Source: an uncultured Candidatus Rokubacteria bacterium
Lineage (GTDB): Bacteria; Methylomirabilota; Methylomirabilia; Rokubacteriales; CSP1-6
Assembly: GCA_963789955.1 (NCBI GenBank)
Contig: CAWBMV010000014.1
Location: 1-64,000 of the forward strand
Length of the DNA: 64,000 bases
Direction: 5' to 3'
Shown here one piece after another: positions 10,705 through 19,786 of this stretch. Position numbers and translations under genes: made by a program. The notes below the pieces were generated by a model. That model saw only the letters and a program-made list of their open reading frames with translations, was not told where the DNA came from and did no database searches. How positions within the stretch are numbered: the stretch's first letter is position 1; every line of letters starts with the position of its first letter.

Positions 10705-11001
10705 ATGTTCGAGAGCGAGACGCGGGTCCTCATCATCCTGCCCCGTGAGATGGTCGATCGTGCGCGAGATGTAGCCGGGCGGGCGACGTCATCCATGAAG
10801 CTGCCGGTGAGTCTACAGATCGTGATCAGAGCGCTGATCGAGGAAGGCCTGAAGCGGCCCACGAATCCCGACCTCCTGGCCAACGTGGGCCGCCAGGCCG
10901 AGGCGGTCCGCCGGATTCGAAGCCAGGCGCGCCGCCGGCCGATGACGCCGGAGCGGCCTCACGGCCGGGCGAGCCGGCAGCGATCGAGAGCCGGTTCATG
11001 A
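10705..11001 (+). CDS. putative ribbon-helix-helix-like DNA-binding protein
   Basis: RBS GGAGGAAGGAG; TRVLIILPREMVDRAR...VSLQIVIRALIEEGL beta-helix-helix pattern, basic tail. Confidence 0.55.
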   Translation: MFESETRVLIILPREMVDRARDVAGRATSSMKLPVSLQIVIRALIEEGLKRPTNPDLLANVGRQAEAVRRIRSQARRRPMTPERPHGRASRQRSRAGS

Positions 11002-11747
11002 GCCCCGCGTGGGTCGTGCCGTGCGTCACCATCGTGCTGACCCAAGTCGCCGTCATCGCGACGTCGATCTACCTGCACCGGGCGCTGGCGCACCGGGCAC
11101 TCCATCTACACCCGATCGCCGACCTGGCCTTCCGGGTCACCCTGTGGTTGACGACCGGACAGTCCCGGCAGCAGTGGGTGGCGGTTCATCGCAAGCACCA
11201 CACCTTCACCGATCGCCCGGGAGACCCCCACAGCCCGCGCCTGCTCGGCTTCTGGCGCGTCCAGCTCTTCAACGTCGCCTACTACATGCGAGAGGCCAGA
11301 AACGCCAACACGCTGGAGGCGTTTGCGCCGGATCTCCGACCGGATCGGCTCGATCGCTTGCTCTTCACGCGTGGGTTCCTCGGCGTCGGGATCGGGCTGA
11401 GCCTGCTCTGTATGCTCATCGGGCTCTGGGCCGGCCTCATCGCCGGGGGCTTGCACGCGGTCCTGTATGTCTTCGTGATGGCACCGCTCATCAATGCGCT
11501 CGGCCACTGGCGCGGCACCAAGAACTTCGATAACACCGCCTACAACTGGCGGCTCCTGGCCTGGATTACCGGAGGCGAGAGTCTTCACAACAACCATCAC
11601 GCGCACCCGCGATCCGCGAAGTTCAGCTTGCGCCGGTCGGAGTTCGATCCTTCGTGGCCGATCATCCGGTCACTGGCGGCGGCGGGTCTGCTCGTCATCT
11701 CCGGGCCGCCGGTCGCGTGGGCCCGCGTCACCGTGCGCCGCGATTGA
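10998..11747 (+). CDS. fatty acid desaturase (delta-9 type)
   Basis: His boxes HRALAH, HRKHH, GESLHNNHH. Confidence 0.92.
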   Translation: MSPAWVVPCVTIVLTQVAVIATSIYLHRALAHRALHLHPIADLAFRVTLWLTTGQSRQQWVAVHRKHHTFTDRPGDPHSPRLLGFWRVQLFNVAYYMREARNANTLEAFAPDLRPDRLDRLLFTRGFLGVGIGLSLLCMLIGLWAGLIAGGLHAVLYVFVMAPLINALGHWRGTKNFDNTAYNWRLLAWITGGESLHNNHHAHPRSAKFSLRRSEFDPSWPIIRSLAAAGLLVISGPPVAWARVTVRRD

Positions 11748-11761
11748 TCGAACGGGCTGCG

Positions 11762-12194
11762 ATGGCGACGGAGGCCAGCACTCCAGATTTTGCGTGGCCC
11801 GACTTCGATCGCTGGCAAGCCGCCTTTGCCGCTGCGCGGATCTTTCCCCCTCGATGGGAGGGCCTCCACCGAGCCCCTCCGGCTCACACGCCCGAAGCGG
11901 AGGCGTACCGGCTCCGCAAACACGGCCTGCTTGCCGAGTGGCTCGATATGCTCGCCCGCCGATCGAATGTGCACGCGCACTTCACGCGTCAAGGGCATCC
12001 GCGCCCGTGTCGCGCGCCAGGACATGCGCCTGCCGTGCCCCGCGTGCGACTCCTTCAATACGCGCGAGGTGGGGGCCGAGCTCGAGGCCATGCCGCCCTT
12101 CCATCCGGGCTGCCGCTGCGTGCTCGTGGCGATACCGGTGGCGCGCGTCGGCCGACGCCGGCGCTCATTGGGCCCGCGCCCCCGGAACGACTGA
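11762..12194 (+). CDS. hypothetical protein with MuF-like CxxC...PPFHPGCRC motif (frameshift near 11993)
   Basis: N-part MATEASTPDFAWP... joins GIRARVARQD...CPACD...PPFHPGCRCVL if one G of the GGG at 11993-11995 is removed (about 143 aa). Confidence 0.6.
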
Positions 12195-12217
12195 GCGCCG
12201 AGGGCACAATGCCGTCG

Positions 12218-12264
12218 TCTCAGAGCTATATATGTTTTATCTTTTATATAATTTATGGTATTCT
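12218..12264 (+). promoter_or_regulatory. AT-rich promoter with extended -10 upstream of RRM gene
   Basis: TG-G-TATTCT at 12256-12264; TATATA repeats; shares TCTCA, TATATG and ATAATTTAT with the 10646 island. Confidence 0.55.
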
Positions 12265-12406
12265 CGAGGTCGCCTGACGCTGTTCCTTCCGGCACACCCC
12301 GTGTTTCCGCCAGGCCATGACTCCAGCGGCCCCTCCACGTGTCTCTGGAGCGCATGAACTCACAGCGTGGAAGTAGCAAGTGGAAAGCAGTACAAGGAGA
12401 TGCCCC

Positions 12407-12718
12407 ATGGCGCAAAAACTGTTCATCGGCGGTCTCGCGTTCTCTACATCGACCGAGCGGCTTCGCGAGGTGTTCGCGGCGGCCGGGCAGGTCGAATCCG
12501 CAGCCGTCGTGACCGATCGTGACACCGGTCGCTCGCGCGGTTTCGGTTTCGTCGAGATGGCGACGGCGGAAGAGGCCGACAAGGCGATCGCGCAGTTCCA
12601 CGGCAAAGACCTCGACGGCCGGCAACTGAAGGTAGAGAAGGCCTCGCCCGGCGGCGCTCGTAGCGGCGGCGGAACTTCGCGGGGCTTCGGCGCATCCTCG
12701 CGCGGCGGGCGCTGGTAG
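12407..12718 (+). CDS. RRM (RNP) RNA-binding protein with Gly-rich tail
   Basis: RNP2 KLFIGGL, RNP1 RGFGFVEM; AAGGAGA RBS. Confidence 0.95.
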   Translation: MAQKLFIGGLAFSTSTERLREVFAAAGQVESAAVVTDRDTGRSRGFGFVEMATAEEADKAIAQFHGKDLDGRQLKVEKASPGGARSGGGTSRGFGASSRGGRW

Positions 12719-12776
12719 CGGCAGGTAGCTTACGCCGCACGAAGAAGTCTTGCTTCGACAACCGGAGAGGTGTTAC

Positions 12777-13133
12777 ATGAACTTGCAAGTACCGTGGTTC
12801 AAATCCGCTGCTTGGGGAGTGGTGATCGGCTCCATTGCGACCATGATCGTCGGCTTCACATGGTTGGGCTGGACCCTCGGCAGCAGCGCAGAGCGGATGG
12901 CGGCCGAACGAACCAACGCCGCCATAGTCATCGCGCTCACGCCCTCCTGCGTCACGGGATTCATGCAGCAGCCGGGCGCGGCGGCAAAGCTCGCGGAATT
13001 TCAGAAGATCGAGTCGTGGAAACAGCGAGAGTTCATCGAAGCAGGCGGATGGGCCACCCAGCGCGGGGACAAGTCGCCTAACACGGGACTGGCGACCGCA
13101 TGTGCCGAGGAGCTCGCGAAGACCAAGGCGTAG
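12777..13133 (+). CDS. conserved membrane-anchored hypothetical protein
   Basis: GGAGAGG RBS; N-terminal TM (GFTWLGW), two Cys, GGWAT motif. Confidence 0.75.
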   Translation: MNLQVPWFKSAAWGVVIGSIATMIVGFTWLGWTLGSSAERMAAERTNAAIVIALTPSCVTGFMQQPGAAAKLAEFQKIESWKQREFIEAGGWATQRGDKSPNTGLATACAEELAKTKA

Positions 13134-13208
13134 CGTCTGGCAGGGCGCCCGCCCGGGCGGCCGAAGGCGCGTCTCTCGCGCGCGTCTCTATCAGTGGACG
13201 GAGGCTTC

Positions 13209-13352
13209 ATGGCCACGCACTCGAAAACCAGGAACGCGGTCCAACGACTTCGACGACTCGCGAGGCGACGCCGTGTAGCCGAGTTGAAGGCTCGCCGCGG
13301 CGGATCCGCGCCCTCTTCCAACGAAGTCCCTCACCGCCGCGATATCCGCTGA
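13209..13352 (+). CDS. putative 47-aa Arg-rich peptide
   Basis: GGAGG RBS then MATHSKTRNAVQRLRRLARRRRVAELKARRGG...; not listed in the ORF track. Confidence 0.4.
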   Translation: MATHSKTRNAVQRLRRLARRRRVAELKARRGGSAPSSNEVPHRRDIR

Positions 13353-13456
13353 TTAGCGGAAGCCTCACGCACGAGACGGGTGTTCCCGAGCCGATGCGGG
13401 GCATCCATGGCGGCTCGTGTCATGGCTGATCGGCTCGAGGAACTCAGGAGGCCGCA

Positions 13457-13717
13457 ATGGACCGAGGCGCAGCGATGCTGGCCGTTCTCATGGAAATCTA
13501 CGAAGGCGGTAAAGACCTGATCCCGGATTGGGAGCTGAAGGAGCAAGCGGAAAGCGCGCTGGCAACGGGCGGCACCGAGGGCCTCAGGCGCTACTACGAA
13601 GCGTGTCTGGCTCGCTGGAGTCAGGACATCAAGACGACGCTCGAACGCGATCGACGAAAGACTCTCCAGTCGGAGCGCCATCGCTTCATGGCGATCTATC
13701 TGGGTGCCGCCCGATGA
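13457..13717 (+). CDS. hypothetical protein
   Basis: AGGAGG RBS, 86-aa helical-looking ORF. Confidence 0.55.
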   Translation: MDRGAAMLAVLMEIYEGGKDLIPDWELKEQAESALATGGTEGLRRYYEACLARWSQDIKTTLERDRRKTLQSERHRFMAIYLGAAR

Positions 13718-13977
13718 CGAGCATCACCGTGATGGCCTTCCGGTAATCGATTCGTGCGCGAGCCGCCGGGACGATACCCCGGCCGGCGGCCGCTCTTCGT
13801 AGTTCCTCGTCGTCGAACGCGCGCTCGCGCGGCTCGGGCATTTCGGGATTCCTCAGGCACCTCACCCGATTGATCGCCGGACCCGACAGGGCGCGCCCAT
13901 TCGATCCCCGACGCGTGAGTCCCGCATTCGGCCCAATATCCCGGGCAATTGACGATCGAGAGTGGCCGGTTCTACCT

Positions 13978-13994
13978 TTGGCATTGTTGTTGCC
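13978..13994 (+). promoter_or_regulatory. sigma-54 (-24/-12) promoter candidate
   Basis: TTGGCATTGTTGTTGC: GG-N10-GC matching TGGCA-N6-TTGC, about 100 bp upstream of the 14092 ORF. Confidence 0.6.
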
Positions 13995-14091
13995 CTTCCC
14001 TGCGAGGCAGGCGGCACGGTCTCCGGCATTGGTCGGGACTCTCGCGCGTGCGCTCCCATAGACTCTCGGTTTCGCAGAGGAGGACAGGGCG

Positions 14092-14316
14092 ATGAACAGG
14101 ACTCGGCGAACGATCGGTCTCAGCATTCTCGTCATGCTCGTTGTGTTGGGAACGGGCTGGGCCCTCGAGAAGAAGGCGTCCAGCAATTCTCAGAGGCGAG
14201 GCGGAGCCGTGGTCACTGAGCCCGCGAAGGCGAACGAGCCCTCGGACGTGAAGCCGGCCGCGACGGACTCCGACCAGGAGTACGACCGGTCGGATCTCCT
14301 GCTCAGCCAAGGGTAG
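14092..14316 (+). CDS. small secreted protein
   Basis: GAGGAGG RBS; signal peptide ending GWA; low-complexity mature part. Confidence 0.65.
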   Translation: MNRTRRTIGLSILVMLVVLGTGWALEKKASSNSQRRGGAVVTEPAKANEPSDVKPAATDSDQEYDRSDLLLSQG

Positions 14317-14392
14317 GCCGCCGGGCGCCGCTCCAGCGCCGGGCTCATCGTCGAGGTGCCCGGCGCCGGAGCGTCGACCGTCGCGATGGTGG

Positions 14393-15166
14393 CTAGGCCC
14401 TTCCCTGACGCGCGGCTGTCACGGGGGCGTGTGCCTTGAGGAAGCGGCGCGCGTGCTCCACGACCTCGTCGATGTGCTCCGGGGAATCCTTCCAGGGATA
14501 GATGGTCACCTCGGCCTTCGGGGCGAGGCTGGCCACCTCCATCGCGACCTTGTACGGGTGCGCCGGCACGTCGTCGGGCGCGATCAGCAGTGGCGCCTTG
14601 ATGGAGCGCACGAAATCGCGTGACACGGTGAACACGAAGTCGGCGCGGTTGGTGTACATGCTGGTGAGGAAGTCATGGACCATGTTCATCGTGAGGTCGG
14701 GGCGCTTCGCGCAAAGCGGCGGGCCCCAGCCCTTGATGTTGTTCTGGTAGAACAGGTCCGGGAGCTCAGGCCTGAAGCCGCTGGGCTGCATCATCGCGGC
14801 CGCGACGATGCGCTCCGGAGCCCGCCGAATCAGATTGTGAATCATGGGCCCGCCGATGCAGAAGCCCATGACCAGGAACTCCCGGATGCCAAGATGGTCC
14901 ATCAGCCCGAGCTGGTCGTCGGCGTAGGCGTCCCAGGGGCGGTCGATCTCCAGGGGGCCGCTGGATCGGCCGGGGTTCGCGTTGCGCAGGTCAGCGCAGA
15001 TACAGCGGAAGTCGTCCTTGTACCGCTCCATCGGGTTGAACGGCGAGGCGGTCTGCCAGGATGAGAGGGCTGAATTGAGCCCGCCGCCCGGGATGAGCAG
15101 CAGGGGGAAGCCGGAACCGACCTCCTCGTAGTGGATGCGGACAGGACCTCTCTCGTAGAACGGCAT
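14393..15166 (-). CDS. alpha/beta fold hydrolase (Cys nucleophile elbow GFCIGG)
   Basis: YEEVGSGFPLLLIPGGG, GFCIGG, DD.PAHP motifs. Confidence 0.85.
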   Translation of the reverse strand: MPFYERGPVRIHYEEVGSGFPLLLIPGGGLNSALSSWQTASPFNPMERYKDDFRCICADLRNANPGRSSGPLEIDRPWDAYADDQLGLMDHLGIREFLVMGFCIGGPMIHNLIRRAPERIVAAAMMQPSGFRPELPDLFYQNNIKGWGPPLCAKRPDLTMNMVHDFLTSMYTNRADFVFTVSRDFVRSIKAPLLIAPDDVPAHPYKVAMEVASLAPKAEVTIYPWKDSPEHIDEVVEHARRFLKAHAPVTAARQGRA

Positions 15167-15289
15167 GGCGCTTCTCCTCCCTCAGCGAGTCGCGGGTTTC
15201 GTGGCCAGCAAAAGACGCTCAAACTTCTGCCCGCCGGCGGCCGAAGTCAAGCGCGCCCTATGAGGACAGCACCTCGAGCGACTCGACGG

Positions 15290-16672
15290 CTAACGCAAGG
15301 TGATCGTCGGCACGACCGACATCCCGGGCACCAGGAGATGTCCGGCGTTTTCTCCGGGAGCGAGCACGATCTTGACGGGAATTCGCTGCACGATCTTCAC
15401 ATAGTTTCCCGTCGCGTTTTCCGGCGGCAACAGCGAGAAGACCGCCCCCGAGCCGCCCTGGATCGAGTCAACCCGCGCCTGGAACCGCTTGGACGGATAC
15501 GTATCGACTTCGACGGTGGCCAACTGACCCGGCCGGACCCGTGTGAGCTCCGTCTCCTTGAAGTTGGCAATGACCCACAGATCGTCGAGGTCGACCACCG
15601 AGAGCAGCGGCTGCCCCGGTGACACGACTTGTCCGATTTCGACGGCCTTCTTCGTCACCCGGCCCGTGATGGGCGCGCGGATGTCCGTGTATTCGGCATT
15701 GAGCTGCGCCTGCTGAAGATTGGCGAGCGCGAGCGCGAGGCGCCCGCGCGCTGCCTCGACCTGGGCCTGGCGCACCCGAACTTGCTGGCGCTGACTCTGC
15801 GCGTTCGCCATGGTCGCGCGTGACTGGGCCACCCGCTCGCCCGCCTGGGCGACCGTGGCTTGTTGCGAGCGGATCGCCGACGCGGCCTGCTCCGCGTCGT
15901 CCTGCGCCTGGGCAAGCCGCTGACGTGCCACGTCGAGCATGGCCGCTGCGCTCCGGAACGACGCGTCCGCGTGGTCCAGATCCTGCCGGGCTGTCAGCTC
16001 TTGCTTGAAGAGCTGCCGGGCTCGGTCGAGATCGAGCTCGGCCCGGTCGTGGTCCGACTCGGCCGCCTGCACGGCCGCCTGAGCGGCCCTGACCGCTGCT
16101 CGCTTGGCCGAAAGATCGTTGCGCCGCTGCTCGAGATCGTGCTCGGTGATCTGGCGGGCGTGCCCGGTCGCGGCCAGAGAGGCGTTGGCCTCCTCGAGCA
16201 GGCTTCGCGTCGACTCATCGGTGAGCGGCACGCTGACGACGGCGTTCTGGAGATCGCCTCGCGCCGCCTCCACGGCGGCGCGGGCTTGAGCCACCACGAC
16301 CTCGTAGTCGCGCGGGTCGAGGCGCACCAGAAGGTCGCCGGCCTTCACGTCCTGGTTGTCGTTCGCGAGGATCGCCACCGCGGTCCCCGAGATGCGCGGG
16401 CTCACCGTGGCGATGTGGCCGGTCATGAATGCGTCATCTGTCGAGACGTGGAGTGTGCTGTAGTGCCAGAGGTGGGCGCCGTAGCCGACGACCGCGAGGA
16501 CCGCCAGGACCGCGGCGCTCAGCGCGAGCCGGCGCCTGGGCGAGGATCGTCGGTGCGACGGAAGTCGCCACGCCTGAAGCTCCCGGGTCCAGCGCGACCC
16601 GTTCTCGGATCCGACCTCCGGACTGGCCACTCCCGGCCGGGGCTCGCGGATATCCGGTCCCTCCGCGCTCAT
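15290..16672 (-). CDS. emrA: EmrA/HlyD family efflux membrane-fusion protein
   Basis: STDDAF, long coiled coil, ANFKETEL, FSLLPPENATGNYVKIVQRIPV. Confidence 0.92.
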   Translation of the reverse strand: MSAEGPDIREPRPGVASPEVGSENGSRWTRELQAWRLPSHRRSSPRRRLALSAAVLAVLAVVGYGAHLWHYSTLHVSTDDAFMTGHIATVSPRISGTAVAILANDNQDVKAGDLLVRLDPRDYEVVVAQARAAVEAARGDLQNAVVSVPLTDESTRSLLEEANASLAATGHARQITEHDLEQRRNDLSAKRAAVRAAQAAVQAAESDHDRAELDLDRARQLFKQELTARQDLDHADASFRSAAAMLDVARQRLAQAQDDAEQAASAIRSQQATVAQAGERVAQSRATMANAQSQRQQVRVRQAQVEAARGRLALALANLQQAQLNAEYTDIRAPITGRVTKKAVEIGQVVSPGQPLLSVVDLDDLWVIANFKETELTRVRPGQLATVEVDTYPSKRFQARVDSIQGGSGAVFSLLPPENATGNYVKIVQRIPVKIVLAPGENAGHLLVPGMSVVPTITLR

Positions 16673-17325
16673 CGCCCGGGCCCTCCGCTCCGCCTCACGC
16701 CGCGCAGGAGCACCTGCACCAGCGCATCGCCCTCGGTCAGCAGATTCAGATTCTTCTCGCGAAGCCAGCGCCGGATCAGCGCGTGGATCAGGCCGGCGAG
16801 CGCGACGGCCAGCCGCCTCGGCGGCGCGAGCGCGAAGGCGTCCTCGCGCATCCCGCGGCGGAAGACCGTGGCCAGCGCGCCGAGATACTGCTCGTACTTC
16901 GCGTCGATCTGCTCGCCGAACCGCTGACGCACGGCGAAGTCGTAGCCCGTCCACCCGGACAGGTAGAAATGCAGGACGTCGGCGTTGTCCCTGGAGAATT
17001 CGAGCTGCGCGCGCACGATCCGTTGCAGCTGAGTGACGGCATCGCCGGGCTCGGCCATCTCCTCCCGAACGCGCTCGATGAGCACGTCCACGAAGTCTTC
17101 GAGCATCCGGTAGAGAATGGCTTCCTTCGACGCGAAGAGCTGATAGAGCGTGCCGAGCGCCAGCTCCGAGGCGGCCGCGATCTGCACCATCGTGGTGCGC
17201 TGGTAGCCCCGGCGCGCGAAGAGCTGACGGGCCGCCCCGATCACTTCAGCCTGGCGGGTCGCGCGCTCGCGCGCCCGTCGCCCGCGCGCCGGGCTGTCGC
17301 CGGCCATCAGCGTCTTTATAGCCAC
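16669..17325 (-). CDS. TetR/AcrR family regulator
   Basis: AARQLFARRGY..TT...IA......GTLYQLFASKEAI HTH; start may be 17307. Confidence 0.9.
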   Translation of the reverse strand: MAIKTLMAGDSPARGRRARERATRQAEVIGAARQLFARRGYQRTTMVQIAAASELALGTLYQLFASKEAILYRMLEDFVDVLIERVREEMAEPGDAVTQLQRIVRAQLEFSRDNADVLHFYLSGWTGYDFAVRQRFGEQIDAKYEQYLGALATVFRRGMREDAFALAPPRRLAVALAGLIHALIRRWLREKNLNLLTEGDALVQVLLRGVRRSGGPGR

Positions 17326-17376
17326 ATTCAGATATTATAATGGCGTTACAGAATCGTCCATCCCGAAGGAGCCCGC

Positions 17377-18939
17377 GTGGCCACCACCCCTCTGGCCGAC
17401 GGCGAATGGCGGCCCCGGTTCAATCCGTGGCTGATCGCCGTCTCGGTCATGCTCGGCACGTTCATGGAAGTCCTCGACACCTCGGTGGCGAACGTCTCAC
17501 TCCCCCACATCGGTGGCGCGCTCTCGGCCACGCCGGAAGAAGCGACGTGGGTGCTGACGAGCTATCTGGTGTCCAACGCGATCATTCTGCCCACCACCGC
17601 ATGGCTGAGCTCGGCGTTCGGGCGAAAGCGCTTCCTGCTCACCTGCATCGCGCTCTTCACGGTTTCGTCGGCGGTGTGCGGCGCCGCCACGAGCCTGGGC
17701 ATGCTCATCGTCGCGCGTGTCCTGCAGGGTGTGGGTGGGGGTGCCCTGCAGCCGATCGCCCAGGCCATCCTGATGGAAAGCTTTCCGCCCGCCCGTCGCG
17801 GCGTGGCGATGGCGACGTTCTCGATGGGCGTCATCGTCGCGCCGATCCTGGGACCCACCCTCGGTGGCTGGATCACCGATCAGTACTCCTGGCGCTGGAT
17901 CTTCTACATCAATCTGCCCATCGGCATTCTCGCGGCGCTCATGGTGTACAGCTTCATCGAAGACCCGCCCTATCTCGAGCGCACGTACCTGCGACGCCTG
18001 GACTACATCGGGTTCGCTTTCATGTCAGTGGGGCTGGGCGCGCTCCAGATCATGCTCGACAAGGGCCAGGAAGCCGACTGGTTCCACTCGTCGTGGATCC
18101 GGACCCTCGCCGTCACCGCCGGGGTCGCCCTGGCGGCCTTCGTGATTCGGGAGCTGACCACGGACGAGCCGATCGTCAGCTTCCGCGTGCTGGCCGATCG
18201 AAACTTCGCGGTCGGCACGATCCTGATCACCATGCTCGGTCTCGTGATCTACGGCACCACGGCGATGCTCCCGCTCTTCCTGCAAACGCTTCTCGGCTAT
18301 TCGGCCTTCGACAGCGGACTGGCGGTGAGCCCGCGCGGCATGGGGGCCATGATCTCCGCCGTGACGGTCGGCCGGCTGATCGGCATCGTAGACAGCCGCT
18401 TGCTCATCGCCGCCGGGTTCGGTGCCCTGGCCTTCTCGGGCTGGATGTTCAGCCACATGACCTTGGACATCGCCATGCCCAACATCGTGTTCGCCACGGT
18501 GCTGAACGGCTTCGCCAGCGGGTTGATCTTCGTCCCGTTGTCGACCACCGTGATGGCCTACCTGCCGCGCGAGCGAATGGGGCAGGCGACCGGCATCTAC
18601 AACCTCATGCGCAACATCGGGGCGGGCATCGGAATCTCGCTGATGACGACGTTCCTCGCCCGGAGCACGCAGGCCCACCAGGCGGTGCTCGTGACGCATC
18701 TGACGCCGTACGACCCGCGCTATCAGGAGTGGCTGCAGACGGCACGCTCGGCGCTCGCCGCGCGCGGCAGTGCGTTCACCGCGCCGATGCAGGCGCTGGC
18801 CCTGCTCTACCGGGTGGTCTTGCGCCAGGCCACGCTGCTCGCGTTTCTCGACAACTTCCAGATGATCAGCGTCGCCGCGGTGGTCTGCCTGCCGCTGGTA
18901 CTCCTCTTCCGCCGGAGCCGCGCGGCCGTCAGACGCTGA
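17377..18939 (+). CDS. emrB: DHA2 family MFS efflux permease (EmrB/QacA)
   Basis: MEVLDTSVANV.LP, WVLTSYL, GP.LGGW.TD..SWRWIFYIN.P, LDKGQE.DWF. Confidence 0.93.
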   Translation: MATTPLADGEWRPRFNPWLIAVSVMLGTFMEVLDTSVANVSLPHIGGALSATPEEATWVLTSYLVSNAIILPTTAWLSSAFGRKRFLLTCIALFTVSSAVCGAATSLGMLIVARVLQGVGGGALQPIAQAILMESFPPARRGVAMATFSMGVIVAPILGPTLGGWITDQYSWRWIFYINLPIGILAALMVYSFIEDPPYLERTYLRRLDYIGFAFMSVGLGALQIMLDKGQEADWFHSSWIRTLAVTAGVALAAFVIRELTTDEPIVSFRVLADRNFAVGTILITMLGLVIYGTTAMLPLFLQTLLGYSAFDSGLAVSPRGMGAMISAVTVGRLIGIVDSRLLIAAGFGALAFSGWMFSHMTLDIAMPNIVFATVLNGFASGLIFVPLSTTVMAYLPRERMGQATGIYNLMRNIGAGIGISLMTTFLARSTQAHQAVLVTHLTPYDPRYQEWLQTARSALAARGSAFTAPMQALALLYRVVLRQATLLAFLDNFQMISVAAVVCLPLVLLFRRSRAAVRR

Positions 18940-18948
18940 GGGGGTCGT

Positions 18949-19467
18949 TCAGTAACGCGACCCCGTAGCCTTTCCGGCAGGCACAACAGTGGTCGGTGCT
19001 GTTGTCGACGGGCTGGACTGTGTTTCGCTGGTGCGCGGCGGTCCCTTGTCTTCCGATCGCAACTCCATCGCCTGCTGGGACAGCTGCACTTCGCTCCGCA
19101 GCTGGTCCAGGTTCACGTTGTGGTGGCGCGCGATGTCGGCCCACCCCGCGCCGCCCTTGAATTCCGCCACGACGTGATCGAAGGTCGGCCCCGGCGGTTT
19201 GCTCAGGAGATTGGCAATGAGAAGATCGGCCCAGTCGAGGCCGGTCCGAGCCCGCTGCGTTCGTAATACCTCGACCGACATCGCGAGCTTGCGCGAGATA
19301 TGACCGGCCACGATCCGCTCGCCGTCCGGTCCGGTCCGCACTTTCTCGATGGCGGCCGCGAGCTCTTCGAGGGTGGGCGGATCAGCCCCCCAGGTGAATC
19401 CCACCGTAAGGAACAGGGTGATCGCCACCAAGCTCGACGCGGTCCATCTGCATTGAATCATCGCCAT
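18949..19467 (-). CDS. exported hypothetical protein
   Basis: signal-like N-terminus; GLDWAD and GAGWADIARHH repeated helical motif. Confidence 0.6.
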   Translation of the reverse strand: MAMIQCRWTASSLVAITLFLTVGFTWGADPPTLEELAAAIEKVRTGPDGERIVAGHISRKLAMSVEVLRTQRARTGLDWADLLIANLLSKPPGPTFDHVVAEFKGGAGWADIARHHNVNLDQLRSEVQLSQQAMELRSEDKGPPRTSETQSSPSTTAPTTVVPAGKATGSRY

Positions 19468-19786
19468 TCTCCCGCCTGACTCAACGGCAAGCGAACGGAG
19501 CCTATCACTTTGAAGTGCTGCTGGCCACTGCGCCACGAGCGGACGCTTGTTCACCGCCACGCGAGAGCGGCCCCGGCCAGCACGACGGGCAGTAAACCAC
19601 GCGCAGTCACCCAGCAATGACGCCGCGGTAGTGCCCGCCACGTATCCGATCACATCGAGTATCCCGCGATCACGCTCAGCAGAAGCGGAAGCCGGCCTTC
19701 CAATCGCGCCAGATCGGAAGCGCTTCCGGGGTCGCCGCTCAAGACGCCGACCAGGTCGCGCCGTCGCCGCCGACCTCGGCTGGCTA

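Noticed and set aside
11762..12194. Prophage
   Set aside because: Only the MuF-like motif; no integrase, terminase, portal, capsid or tail genes
19575..19655. Possible DedA-family fragment (AASLLGDCAWF)
   Set aside because: Too short to support without a search
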